Positions 18,426 through 26,268 of a stretch of 51,197 bases of DNA are shown here, in pieces. A program made the translations under genes and the position numbers. Each line of letters begins with the position of its first letter. Positions within the stretch are counted from its first letter, which is position 1. This stretch comes from Alphaproteobacteria bacterium (GTDB lineage: Bacteria; Pseudomonadota; Alphaproteobacteria; SHVV01): NCBI GenBank assembly GCA_009694095.1, contig SHVV01000002.1:1-51197 (forward strand), given 5' to 3'. The notes beneath the pieces were generated by a model. That model was not told the DNA's origin. It saw only the letters and a program-made list of their open reading frames with translations, and did no database searches.

Positions 18426-20711
18426 ATGGCCGTATCCAGCGCCGTTTCGGTACAACCAAAACCGAGCCCGGCCCGCCTCGGCCGCACGATCGAGGTCGGC
18501 GTCGTCAGCGGACTCTGGGTGACGCTGAACACGATTGCGCTGGCGGCGCTTATTTTCCCTGGCCCGCTCGCCGATCGAGTCAATATCGGGATCGGACTAG
18601 CGCTCTTTAGTTCGGCGGTTTTCGCCGCTCTGGTGCCCTTTATCTCGAGCTATGCCGGCATGGTTGCCGGCGTCGCGGCGCCGGTCGCAATCGTCGGCCT
18701 CATGGGCGCGGTAATCATGGAGCGCAGTCCGCACGAGGTCGTGGTGCCGACGCTTCTCGTTGCGCTTGCCATCGCGTCGCTCCTGACCGGCGCGTTCTTT
18801 CTGGTGCTTGGATACTTCCGCTGGGGGCGCATCGCTCGCTATATTCCGTTCCCGGTCGTCGGCGGATTTCTCGGCGCCGTTGGTTGGCTCGTGGTGCTCG
18901 GGGCGTTCTCGACCATGACCGGTCTGCCGCTCACGCCCGCCAATCTACCGCTCTATTTCGAACCTTGGACAATTCTCAAATGGGCGCCTGGGCTGACATT
19001 TGGGCTCATCTTAACCTACCTCCACCGCCGCCATTTCAATCTCTACAACCTACCCGCCGTGGTCGTGGTCGGAATCACGGCCTTCTGGATGGCGGTCGAG
19101 CTCGCTGGTGCCGAAGTCGGCGTTCTGCGGGCCCAAGGGTGGCTGTTCGGCGGATTCGGTGACGAAGGACTTGGCCTGCCGTTCGGTTACCTTAAGGCGC
19201 TGCCTTTGGTCGACTGGAAGGCGCTGCTCGCGCTGGTCCCGCTCACAGCTTCGCTGATGACCGTTAGTTTGATCAACACGCTCATCACCAGCAATGCAAT
19301 CGAACTTTCGATTCGCAAGGACATCAATCTCAATCGCGAGTTGCGCGCCATCGGTACCGCGACCCTTTTGTCGGGGCTCGGCGGCGGATTGACCGGCGCT
19401 CCGTACATGGGGCCGTCGCGGTTGACCCAGCGATTTGGCGTCGGAACGCGAGCCGTCGGCATCGTGGCCGCGCTCGTGTGCGTCGCCGGGTTCCTCGTCG
19501 GTGGCGACCTGGCGCGCTATCTGCCGACCTCAGTTGCCGGCGTCCTGCTTATTTTTGTCGGTACCGATCAGTTGCTCAACTTTCTGGTCGCGGCTTACGA
19601 CAAGATGACGCGCAGCGAGTATGCCGTCGTGCTGATCGTTTTCGCCGCGGTCGTCTTTGTCGGATTCATCGAAGGGATCGTCATCGGCGTCGTGGCGGGT
19701 GTGATTCTATTTGCCGTCAACTATAGCCGCGTCTCGATCGTCTACTCGGAAATGACCGGTGTCGAACAGCGAAGCAATGTCGATCGTTCCGAAGCGCTCC
19801 GCCAGGTTCTCCGCGACCAAGGGGTTCGTTTGCAACTCTTCGAGCTTCAAGGTTTCCTTTTTTTCGGCACCGCGTACCGTTTAGTTTATCGTTTGCGTGA
19901 TCGAATCAACGACCGCAGCAAGCCTCCTCTTCGGTACGTCGTCCTCGATTTTCGCCGCGTCAACGGCCTCGACTCCTCGGCCGCCGTGAGCTTCACCAAG
20001 CTTTGCCAGTACGCGCAGATGTTCGGCTTCGACCTTTGTTTTGCTCATTTGCCGGATGACTATTTCGAATTGATACGACGCGAAGGGATCGCCGAAGAAC
20101 GCCGGATAGGGCCGCCGGTACTGCGCGGCGGCGCCGATCGTCGTGCTGGGCGCCCGGACACCGCGAGCCCATACGGCGCTCGGCTGCGCCGCTTCGCCGA
20201 CATCGATCATGCGCTCGAATGGTGTGAAAACGACCTGCTGTTCGGGGAGAATCGGCTACGCTCCGAAGTTGACGATCCCCTGCAAGCGCAGCTCGCGCGA
20301 CAATTTCCGGATATGGTCGATGTGGCGAAATTTATGACGTACGTCCAAGCCGTCCGCTACGGCGCGGGAGAAGAACTGATCCGCCAGAGCGATGAGTCGC
20401 GCGACCTCTATTTCATCGAGTCGGGTGAAGTGACCGTCGAAATTCGAGTCGATGGCGGCGAGATTCTGCGTCTCCGCGTCATGGGCGCCGGCACCTGCGT
20501 CGGCGAGGTCGCGTTCTACCTCGGACGGCGCCGCTCGGCCTCGGTCGTCACAACCGCGCCGACGACGGCGTATCGATTGACCGGCGCAGCGCTCGACGAC
20601 ATGCAAGCGAGTGACCCGGCGGTCGCAGCCGCCTTTCACGAGTTCATGGCGCGCCAACTCGCTAAACGTCTCTCCGACACAGATCGGCTTCTCGAGGTTT
20701 ACGCACACTGA
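18426..20711 (+). CDS. SulP/SLC26 anion transporter fused to STAS and cyclic-nucleotide-binding domains
   Basis: 761 aa. It has a polytopic N-terminal domain, a STAS-like segment (LFELQGFLFFGTA...VVLDFRRVNGLDSSA) and a C-terminal cNMP-binding signature (LYFIESGEVTVE...GEVAFYLGRRRSASV). Confidence 0.88.
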   Translation: MAVSSAVSVQPKPSPARLGRTIEVGVVSGLWVTLNTIALAALIFPGPLADRVNIGIGLALFSSAVFAALVPFISSYAGMVAGVAAPVAIVGLMGAVIMERSPHEVVVPTLLVALAIASLLTGAFFLVLGYFRWGRIARYIPFPVVGGFLGAVGWLVVLGAFSTMTGLPLTPANLPLYFEPWTILKWAPGLTFGLILTYLHRRHFNLYNLPAVVVVGITAFWMAVELAGAEVGVLRAQGWLFGGFGDEGLGLPFGYLKALPLVDWKALLALVPLTASLMTVSLINTLITSNAIELSIRKDINLNRELRAIGTATLLSGLGGGLTGAPYMGPSRLTQRFGVGTRAVGIVAALVCVAGFLVGGDLARYLPTSVAGVLLIFVGTDQLLNFLVAAYDKMTRSEYAVVLIVFAAVVFVGFIEGIVIGVVAGVILFAVNYSRVSIVYSEMTGVEQRSNVDRSEALRQVLRDQGVRLQLFELQGFLFFGTAYRLVYRLRDRINDRSKPPLRYVVLDFRRVNGLDSSAAVSFTKLCQYAQMFGFDLCFAHLPDDYFELIRREGIAEERRIGPPVLRGGADRRAGRPDTASPYGARLRRFADIDHALEWCENDLLFGENRLRSEVDDPLQAQLARQFPDMVDVAKFMTYVQAVRYGAGEELIRQSDESRDLYFIESGEVTVEIRVDGGEILRLRVMGAGTCVGEVAFYLGRRRSASVVTTAPTTAYRLTGAALDDMQASDPAVAAAFHEFMARQLAKRLSDTDRLLEVYAH

Positions 20712-20728
20712 GGCGGACGCCCGTCCGA

Positions 20729-21784
20729 TTACGGACGGCGAGCAAGAATCTCGCGAGCCTCTTTGATTTCTACCCCGGACGGCAGCGGCGCCGACCTGTC
20801 CCCGATCCAAGCCAGAACGTCGAGCCACACGGCCTCGGCTTGCAAATCGCGCAGCAGCATGTGGTACCCGTTGGGGTAGATCATGATTCGCTTGTTGCCG
20901 TTCATCGCTTCGAGCATTCGGACCGTCGGCGCCTTCGGAACCACCTCGTCCTTCGCGCCGTAGAGCACGAGGGTTGGGGTCGAAATCGCGTCCGCCGCTT
21001 GAAGAGCATCGTCCATCAAACCAACCAGGCCATAGACCGCATCGATCCGCGTTTGTTTGATCACCAGCGGGTCGCGCGACAACGCGCGCAACATCTCGAT
21101 ATTGTCGGACGGTACTATATTGAGACCGCTAGCCGTCACCTCGTTCCACGGCGTCAAATGCGCCCCGAGCCAAAGCACCGCCCGATAGAGCGCGGGCATC
21201 GTGGCCCGCCCCCAGACCGCGGGTGCGACAAGGATCGAGCCGTCGGCTTGCAATCCGTCGGCGCCATTTCGCCGTGCTTCTGCTTCAGCACTCAGGATCA
21301 CGGCGCCGCCCATGCTATCGCCCAAGAGGTAAAGCGGGACCCGCGGATGACGGTCGCGGATGGCTGCGCTGAACGCGTGCAAATCCGCCGTCAACTGCCG
21401 CCCGCCTGCCCATAAGCCGCGGTCGGATGTGGCGCCGAAACCGCGCTGGTCGTACGCGTACGTCGCAACTCCGCGCTCGGCCCAGAAACGTGCCGGCGCT
21501 TCGAACGCATTCGAATAGTCGTTGAAACCGTGCAATGCCAAAACGATCGCCCGTGGTGATCCGTTCGCCACCGACCACTGCCGATAGGGCAGGGAGCGAC
21601 CATCGGCAGTGGCGAATTGGCTCTGGCCCAAAGATGGCGTGCCAACGATCGGGCCGATGTCTTGGATCCGGGGCGAGCAGCCGAGCGCGAGCAGACACAA
21701 ACCGCCCACGAAACCGAGCCACAGCTGCGCGCGCCGTGGACCGATCGATCGGGAATTAACGGCGACCATGCTCGTTCGATGCAT
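20729..21784 (-). CDS. alpha/beta hydrolase (lysophospholipase/monoglyceride-lipase-like), probable lipoprotein
   Basis: Lipobox LLALGC, HGFNDYS oxyanion region, nucleophile elbow GDSMGG and a late His (GYHMLL). Confidence 0.8.
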   Translation of the reverse strand: MHRTSMVAVNSRSIGPRRAQLWLGFVGGLCLLALGCSPRIQDIGPIVGTPSLGQSQFATADGRSLPYRQWSVANGSPRAIVLALHGFNDYSNAFEAPARFWAERGVATYAYDQRGFGATSDRGLWAGGRQLTADLHAFSAAIRDRHPRVPLYLLGDSMGGAVILSAEAEARRNGADGLQADGSILVAPAVWGRATMPALYRAVLWLGAHLTPWNEVTASGLNIVPSDNIEMLRALSRDPLVIKQTRIDAVYGLVGLMDDALQAADAISTPTLVLYGAKDEVVPKAPTVRMLEAMNGNKRIMIYPNGYHMLLRDLQAEAVWLDVLAWIGDRSAPLPSGVEIKEAREILARRP

Positions 21785-21840
21785 CGGCGTCTGGGCAAAA
21801 TCCGCGATTCAAAGTATATGAGCCGATCGGAAAACAAAAC

Positions 21841-22594
21841 ATGTCGAGGCTCTTGAGAGATTCGGCTCGGCAACGCGCGAGGGTTACAGATAGGTTGGAA
21901 GCCGTAAGGATAGACAGCGCCGCGCGCGGAACCCGTCCGCCGGAAACGGCGCGACGCCCCGGTGGGCAAGGGGCGCTCAAGAACGAAAAGCTGATCCACC
22001 TCTTCACGACGCCGATCCACAAGCACATCTGGGCCGACAGCAGCGCGCTCAACGACACCCTGCGTCGGATTATCATCAACAAGACGCACGGGGGTAAAGG
22101 CGCGAGTTACAGCACGGTCGGCGGTTGGGAATCAAGCGACGATTTCCACCAGTGGGGCGGGCGACGCAGGACAGCAGATCATTCGACGCGTGGCCAAGAT
22201 GGTGAAAACCGCGACCGGCCAAGTGTACGCCGCCCACCGCGGGCAGGAGCGAAGCACGTGGACGATCGGAATGCGGGCCAGTATCAACCGGCGCGGCGAC
22301 TACATCCGGATCCATGTTGAACCGGGTTCGACGTGGTCGGAAACCTATATTGTCGACACCGGTAACAACACCAAGGAAGACGCGACGGGCGGCGTGATCG
22401 GGATGATCAACCCGAACATTTCACAGACGATGAGCTTTTATCGCAACGCCATGCCGATGCGTTACATCCTCCGTCCCGAACCGGCCTTGATGGTGATTTG
22501 GCCGAGCTACATCGTGAACATGGTTTATCCGCACGCCGGCAAACGTTCACGGATCACTATTTCGTTCAACGTGCGGAAAGACCCGTACCCGTGA
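21841..22594 (+). pseudogene. frameshifted TIGR02466/2OG-Fe(II)-oxygenase-like gene
   Basis: The family-like sequence is split over two frames. LIHLFTTPI...STVGGWESSDDFHQWGG is in frame 1. DAGQQIIRRVAKMV...HVEPGSTWS...MVIWPSYIVNMVYPH...RITISFN is in frame 2. The switch falls at the G/C run around 22154-22163. The N-terminal start is uncertain. Confidence 0.65.
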
Positions 22595-22620
22595 GTGCAC
22601 AGGGCCGCTACACACGGCAC

Positions 22621-22681
22621 CCTTCGATGAGCTTAGGATGAAGGTACTGGAAAGGTCGCATGGTGAACTGGTCAAACCATG
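22621..22681. repeat. possible degenerate copy of a small intergenic repeat (MITE/REP-like)
   Basis: CCTTCGATGAGCTTAGGATGAAG and the near-palindrome CATGGTGAACTGGTCAAACCATG resemble the widespread PFDKLRMR / HGELVEP-translating intergenic repeats. This rests on recollection only. Confidence 0.25.
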
Positions 22682-22710
22682 TGGCACGATCCGCCTGGGG
22701 TTAGACTCCA

Positions 22711-23098
22711 TCAAATATCGTCGATCATCTTTCCAATGATGTCGTAGCCGCGATCTCCACTAACGAAACCACGACCACCGAAAGCCTCCCAGATAAGGCT
22801 AGAAAGCATCGTCTGTTCTTCGTATCCCGAACCGATGCCCTCTACATTCATCAAATACAACTCTAGATTTTTGAAGAAATTGAATATTTCGTCCCGTTTT
22901 ATTTGGGTAGTTGTGCAAGACAAGTTCGATCTGCCTTAAGAGCATCCGCAAGCCGAGGGCAATCGCGCGGTACTCGGGCACGTCGGCGCCAATGTAGTTT
23001 TGGAACGTATGGAAGCCCTCATTAGCTTCACGTCCTCCTGCAAAAGCTGCCGCGAAACCCTGTGCGGCCACCAGCCTATCAATAGCCTCCTCATCCAC
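22711..23098 (-). pseudogene. orphan acidic protein gene, apparently split by a frameshift (low-GC island)
   Basis: There are two overlapping ORFs in different frames (23098-22799 and 22923-22711). Each looks protein-like only on its own side of about 22900, which carries an A-rich run, CCCAAATAAAACGGG. I recognise no family. Confidence 0.4.
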
Positions 23099-23399
23099 AT
23101 CGATATCGTCTTAGCCACTCTCCCGACTGCCCGAAATGATCTGACGTAAAATGTCCCGCTTGATCTGTCCATAAACTTTTCTGAGGTTGGACTTTATGAT
23201 GTTTTGTTTTCGTCGTTGAGGGAGGTGCCCCACCAGGAAGTAAAATAAGAATGAAACGAGGCCACCACCAGAGAGGCTTTACTAATGCGTTCCACCAAAA
23301 GTGAAATGCTAAAAATAAGGCGAATGCCGCCAAGTTGATGAAAAACCAAAACAGAACACTGCGCGAAAACGGCGGCAAAAAATTCGATCTAAGGTTCAT
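23091..23399 (-). CDS. small Trp-rich membrane protein (orphan, low-GC)
   Basis: 102-aa ORF from the ATG at 23399, MNLRSNFLPPFSRSVLFWFFINLAAFALFLAFHFWWNALVKPLWWWPRFILILLPGG... It has one or two TM segments and then a basic tail. The ATG overlaps the amidohydrolase stop (ATGA). Codon usage is strongly AT-skewed relative to the flanks. Confidence 0.45.
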   Translation of the reverse strand: MNLRSNFLPPFSRSVLFWFFINLAAFALFLAFHFWWNALVKPLWWWPRFILILLPGGAPPSTTKTKHHKVQPQKSLWTDQAGHFTSDHFGQSGEWLRRYRCG

Positions 23400-24811
23400 A
23401 GTTTCTCGCCCGGGCGTGGGCCACGGATCACCGGCCACGGCGGCCGTAGCGTGAGGCCGGCGCGTTTACGCCACGCGCGCGATGCGGCTGCGAGCCGCCG
23501 CTTGACGTCTTCCTCGTCGATCGTCAGCAGCGCGCCGTGCCGCAACACGATGCGCCCGTCGATGATAACCGTGTCGACGCTCTTCCCGGTCGCCGAATAA
23601 ACCAGCGCGCGCACCGGCTCCCGCCCCGGGTGATTGGCGAACTCAATTCCCTTCATATCGACGAGCGTCACGTCGGCCTTCTTGCCGGCTTCGAGCGAGC
23701 CAATGGCGTCGTCCCACAGGAGCGCCTTAGCGCCGTCGATCGTCGCCATTTCGAGCGCCTTGTAGGCGCCCCAGAGCGTTGCGTCGTTATAGATATCCTT
23801 GTGACCGCACGCGGCAAGATACATAACGCGAATCATGTCGAGGTTGCCGGAAGCGGACGCCGAATCGGTGCCGAGCGAGATCGTGATGCCAGCGTCGGCC
23901 ATCTTCGGCATCATGCCGTTGCCGAACACGCCGTAAGCGCCGAACATCGTCGCGCCGGGGCAGTGCGCTACTTTGCAGCCGTGCTTGGCGAGCCAACCGA
24001 TTTCGCGTTCGTTCGTCCAGCCCATGTGAACCAAATAGAGATTCGGACCGAACAGGCCGAGGTCGTAGTAGCGCTCAAGCGAGCGCTTGCCGAACATCTT
24101 CTGGATCGCCTCGTTCTCGCCCTTGACCGCCGCCGCGTGCGCGTGAACGCCGACCTTGTACTTGCGCGCGAGCTTACCGATCCCAACCGCGAGTTCGTCG
24201 CTGATGTTGTAGACATAGCGCAAGCTGAACCATGCGCGGATTCGATCGCCTTCCGCGTGGTGCCACTTTTTCACGAACGCTTCGCCGCGATCGAGGTTCT
24301 GCTGGGTATTTTCGATCAGAGATTTCGGCAACGGCGCGATCGGATCGTGAATGTCGCGTGTCGATCGATTCATGATACCGCGAATCCCGATGTCTACGGC
24401 GGCTTGGGCCATCGCATCGGCATGAATGCCGCCAGGATCGTTGAAGCAGGTCGTACCGTAGCGGATCGCCTCGACGAAGCCGCCGAGCGCCGACAGATAG
24501 GCATCTTCCGGCGTCAGCACCGCTTCGTACGGATAAATTCGCTTATAAAGCCAAGACATGATGTCGATGTCGTCGCCGATGCCGTTCGAGAGGTATTGGT
24601 TTGGGTGGAGGTGCCCGTCGATGAGTCCGGGAATCGCCATCATTCCCGAGCCGTCGATGACGTGCGCTGCTCGGTGCTTGGCGCGCACCGCCTCGGTCGG
24701 CCCGACGCCTACGATCTTGTTGCCGGCAATGGCGATCGCGCCGTCTGAATACATATGCCGCTTGGCGTCCATCGTGACGACATAGGCGTTGGCAATGATG
24801 AGGTCGGCCAT
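23396..24811 (-). CDS. amidohydrolase-superfamily protein (cytosine/guanine/chlorohydrolase-like deaminase branch)
   Basis: The start was chosen at MADLIIANAYVVTMD, with GGAGG 7 nt upstream. It has the metal motif GLIDGHLHP and a later GVHAHA. The substrate is not inferable. Confidence 0.85.
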   Translation of the reverse strand: MADLIIANAYVVTMDAKRHMYSDGAIAIAGNKIVGVGPTEAVRAKHRAAHVIDGSGMMAIPGLIDGHLHPNQYLSNGIGDDIDIMSWLYKRIYPYEAVLTPEDAYLSALGGFVEAIRYGTTCFNDPGGIHADAMAQAAVDIGIRGIMNRSTRDIHDPIAPLPKSLIENTQQNLDRGEAFVKKWHHAEGDRIRAWFSLRYVYNISDELAVGIGKLARKYKVGVHAHAAAVKGENEAIQKMFGKRSLERYYDLGLFGPNLYLVHMGWTNEREIGWLAKHGCKVAHCPGATMFGAYGVFGNGMMPKMADAGITISLGTDSASASGNLDMIRVMYLAACGHKDIYNDATLWGAYKALEMATIDGAKALLWDDAIGSLEAGKKADVTLVDMKGIEFANHPGREPVRALVYSATGKSVDTVIIDGRIVLRHGALLTIDEEDVKRRLAAASRAWRKRAGLTLRPPWPVIRGPRPGEKL

Positions 24812-24867
24812 GGTTCCTCCGGTTGTTCGCGGCAAGGTTAGCGCGGGCCGATCAGACGTGCGACCCG

Positions 24868-25350
24868 TCAGCGCAAATAAGGCAGCGTCTCGGCCCCGAA
24901 CCACGGATTCTGTTTCAGCCAGTGGTTGTTGTCCCACGACGGATGCGGCAGCGGGATCACGCGCAGTTTGAATTCCCGCCACGCCTTGACGGTTTCGGTG
25001 AGGGTCGCGCGGCAGCGATCGCCGAGGTGATAGGCCTGTGCGTAGAGGCCGGAGGCGATCCCCAGCTCGACGTTAGGAAGATGGCCCAGCCGCCGACCGT
25101 GCCAGGTCGCGCGACACTCGGGCCGGGGCCGCAGATCGCCGCTGGCGTCGTTCCACGGAATGCCCGTCTCGCGCACCTTGGTACCGGGCGCTTATCCCGC
25201 GATTAGGATGCGCGCTGTCCCGCTCGCAACCAACATCGGCTTAGGCCCGAGCGGCAAGTGCGCTTCGCACAAACGGCAGGCGCGGATTTTGGCCAGCAAA
25301 GCGTCAAGCGGTGCGCTCCGTTTCGACGCCGATCGTCCGGTTGATTGCAT
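24868..25350 (-). pseudogene. uracil-DNA glycosylase-superfamily gene inactivated by an in-frame TAA and an internal deletion
   Basis: My translation from the ATG at 25350 reads MQSTGRSASKRSAPLDALLAKIRACRLCEAHLPLGPKPMLVASGTARILIAG*APGTKVRETGIPWNDASGD|LRPRPECRATW...IPLPHPSWDNNHWLKQNPWF. The stop is at 25192-25194, within the conserved G-x-APG motif. About 35 residues appear to be missing after SGD. Confidence 0.75.
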
Positions 25351-25422
25351 GCCGATGAGCCCCTAGCGTGGTGGGCGATCGCGACGCACGGTGCGCCGCC
25401 GCCCTGACTGTGCGAGTAAAGC

Positions 25423-26268
25423 ATGAAGTTTTCGAGTACCGATACCTACGTCGCGACCGACGAACTCATGGTCGCCGTCAACGCAGCGATCACACTGCGA
25501 CGACCGCTGCTCGTCAAGGGTGAACCGGGCACCGGCAAGACCATGTTGGCGGTCGAGATCGCCAAGTCGCTTCAGAAAACGCTGTTGGAATGGCACATCA
25601 AGTCGACCACCAAGGCCGTGCACGGCCTCTATGAATACGATGCCGTGGCACGGCTACGCGATTCGCAGCTCGGCGATGGCCGGGTGGCGGACATCGGCAA
25701 TTACATCAGGCGCGGCCGACTGTGGGAGGCGTTCGGGGCGGAAGAACTCCCGGTGCTGTTGATCGATGAAATCGACAAAGCCGATATCGAATTTCCCAAC
25801 GACCTCCTGCTCGAACTCGACCGCATGGAGTTCCACGTCTACGAAACCGGCGAAACGGTCAAGGCCAAGCAACGCCCGATAGTCATCATCACCTCGAACA
25901 ACGAAAAGGAATTACCGGACGCGTTCCTTCGCCGTTGCTTCTTCCACTACATCCGCTTCCCCGACCGCACGACCATGGAGCGTATCGTCGAAGTGCATTT
26001 CCCCAAACTGCAAAAGAAGCTCCTCAACGACGCGTTGACGCTGTTCTACGAAGTCCGCGACGTGCCGGGTCTCAAGAAAAAACCCTCGACGTCGGAGCTG
26101 CTCGATTGGTTGAAACTGCTGCTGGCCGAGGAAATTTCGCCTGAGGCGCTGCGCACCAAGGATACGCGCACGGTCATACCGCCGCTCTATGGCGCGCTCC
26201 TAAAGAACGAACAGGACGTGCAGTTGTTCGAGCGCCTCGCGTTCCTTGCTCGGCGCGAACGGGGCTGA
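25423..26268 (+). CDS. MoxR/AAA_5-type AAA+ ATPase
   Basis: 281 aa. It has Walker A GEPGTGKT and Walker B LLIDEIDKA, and its short length is typical of the CbbQ/NorQ/MoxR-like group. Confidence 0.88.
   Translation: MKFSSTDTYVATDELMVAVNAAITLRRPLLVKGEPGTGKTMLAVEIAKSLQKTLLEWHIKSTTKAVHGLYEYDAVARLRDSQLGDGRVADIGNYIRRGRLWEAFGAEELPVLLIDEIDKADIEFPNDLLLELDRMEFHVYETGETVKAKQRPIVIITSNNEKELPDAFLRRCFFHYIRFPDRTTMERIVEVHFPKLQKKLLNDALTLFYEVRDVPGLKKKPSTSELLDWLKLLLAEEISPEALRTKDTRTVIPPLYGALLKNEQDVQLFERLAFLARRERG

Noticed and set aside
22895-22905. Programmed ribosomal frameshifting to explain the split orphan ORF, and likewise the oxygenase-like gene at about 22160.
   Set aside because: There is no slippery heptamer with a downstream structure that I can recognise. 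Given the many other lesions nearby, mutational frameshift is the simpler explanation.
25192-25194. In-frame TAA (UDG gene) and TAG (50208-50210, PPOX gene) as possible stop-codon reassignment or readthrough.
   Set aside because: TAA and TAG terminate well-conserved genes at their natural C-termini in the same window: glmS ends ...TVE-TAG, and the DAHP synthase and GT9 genes end at TAA. The code is therefore standard. The UDG gene also has a deletion, consistent with plain pseudogenisation.
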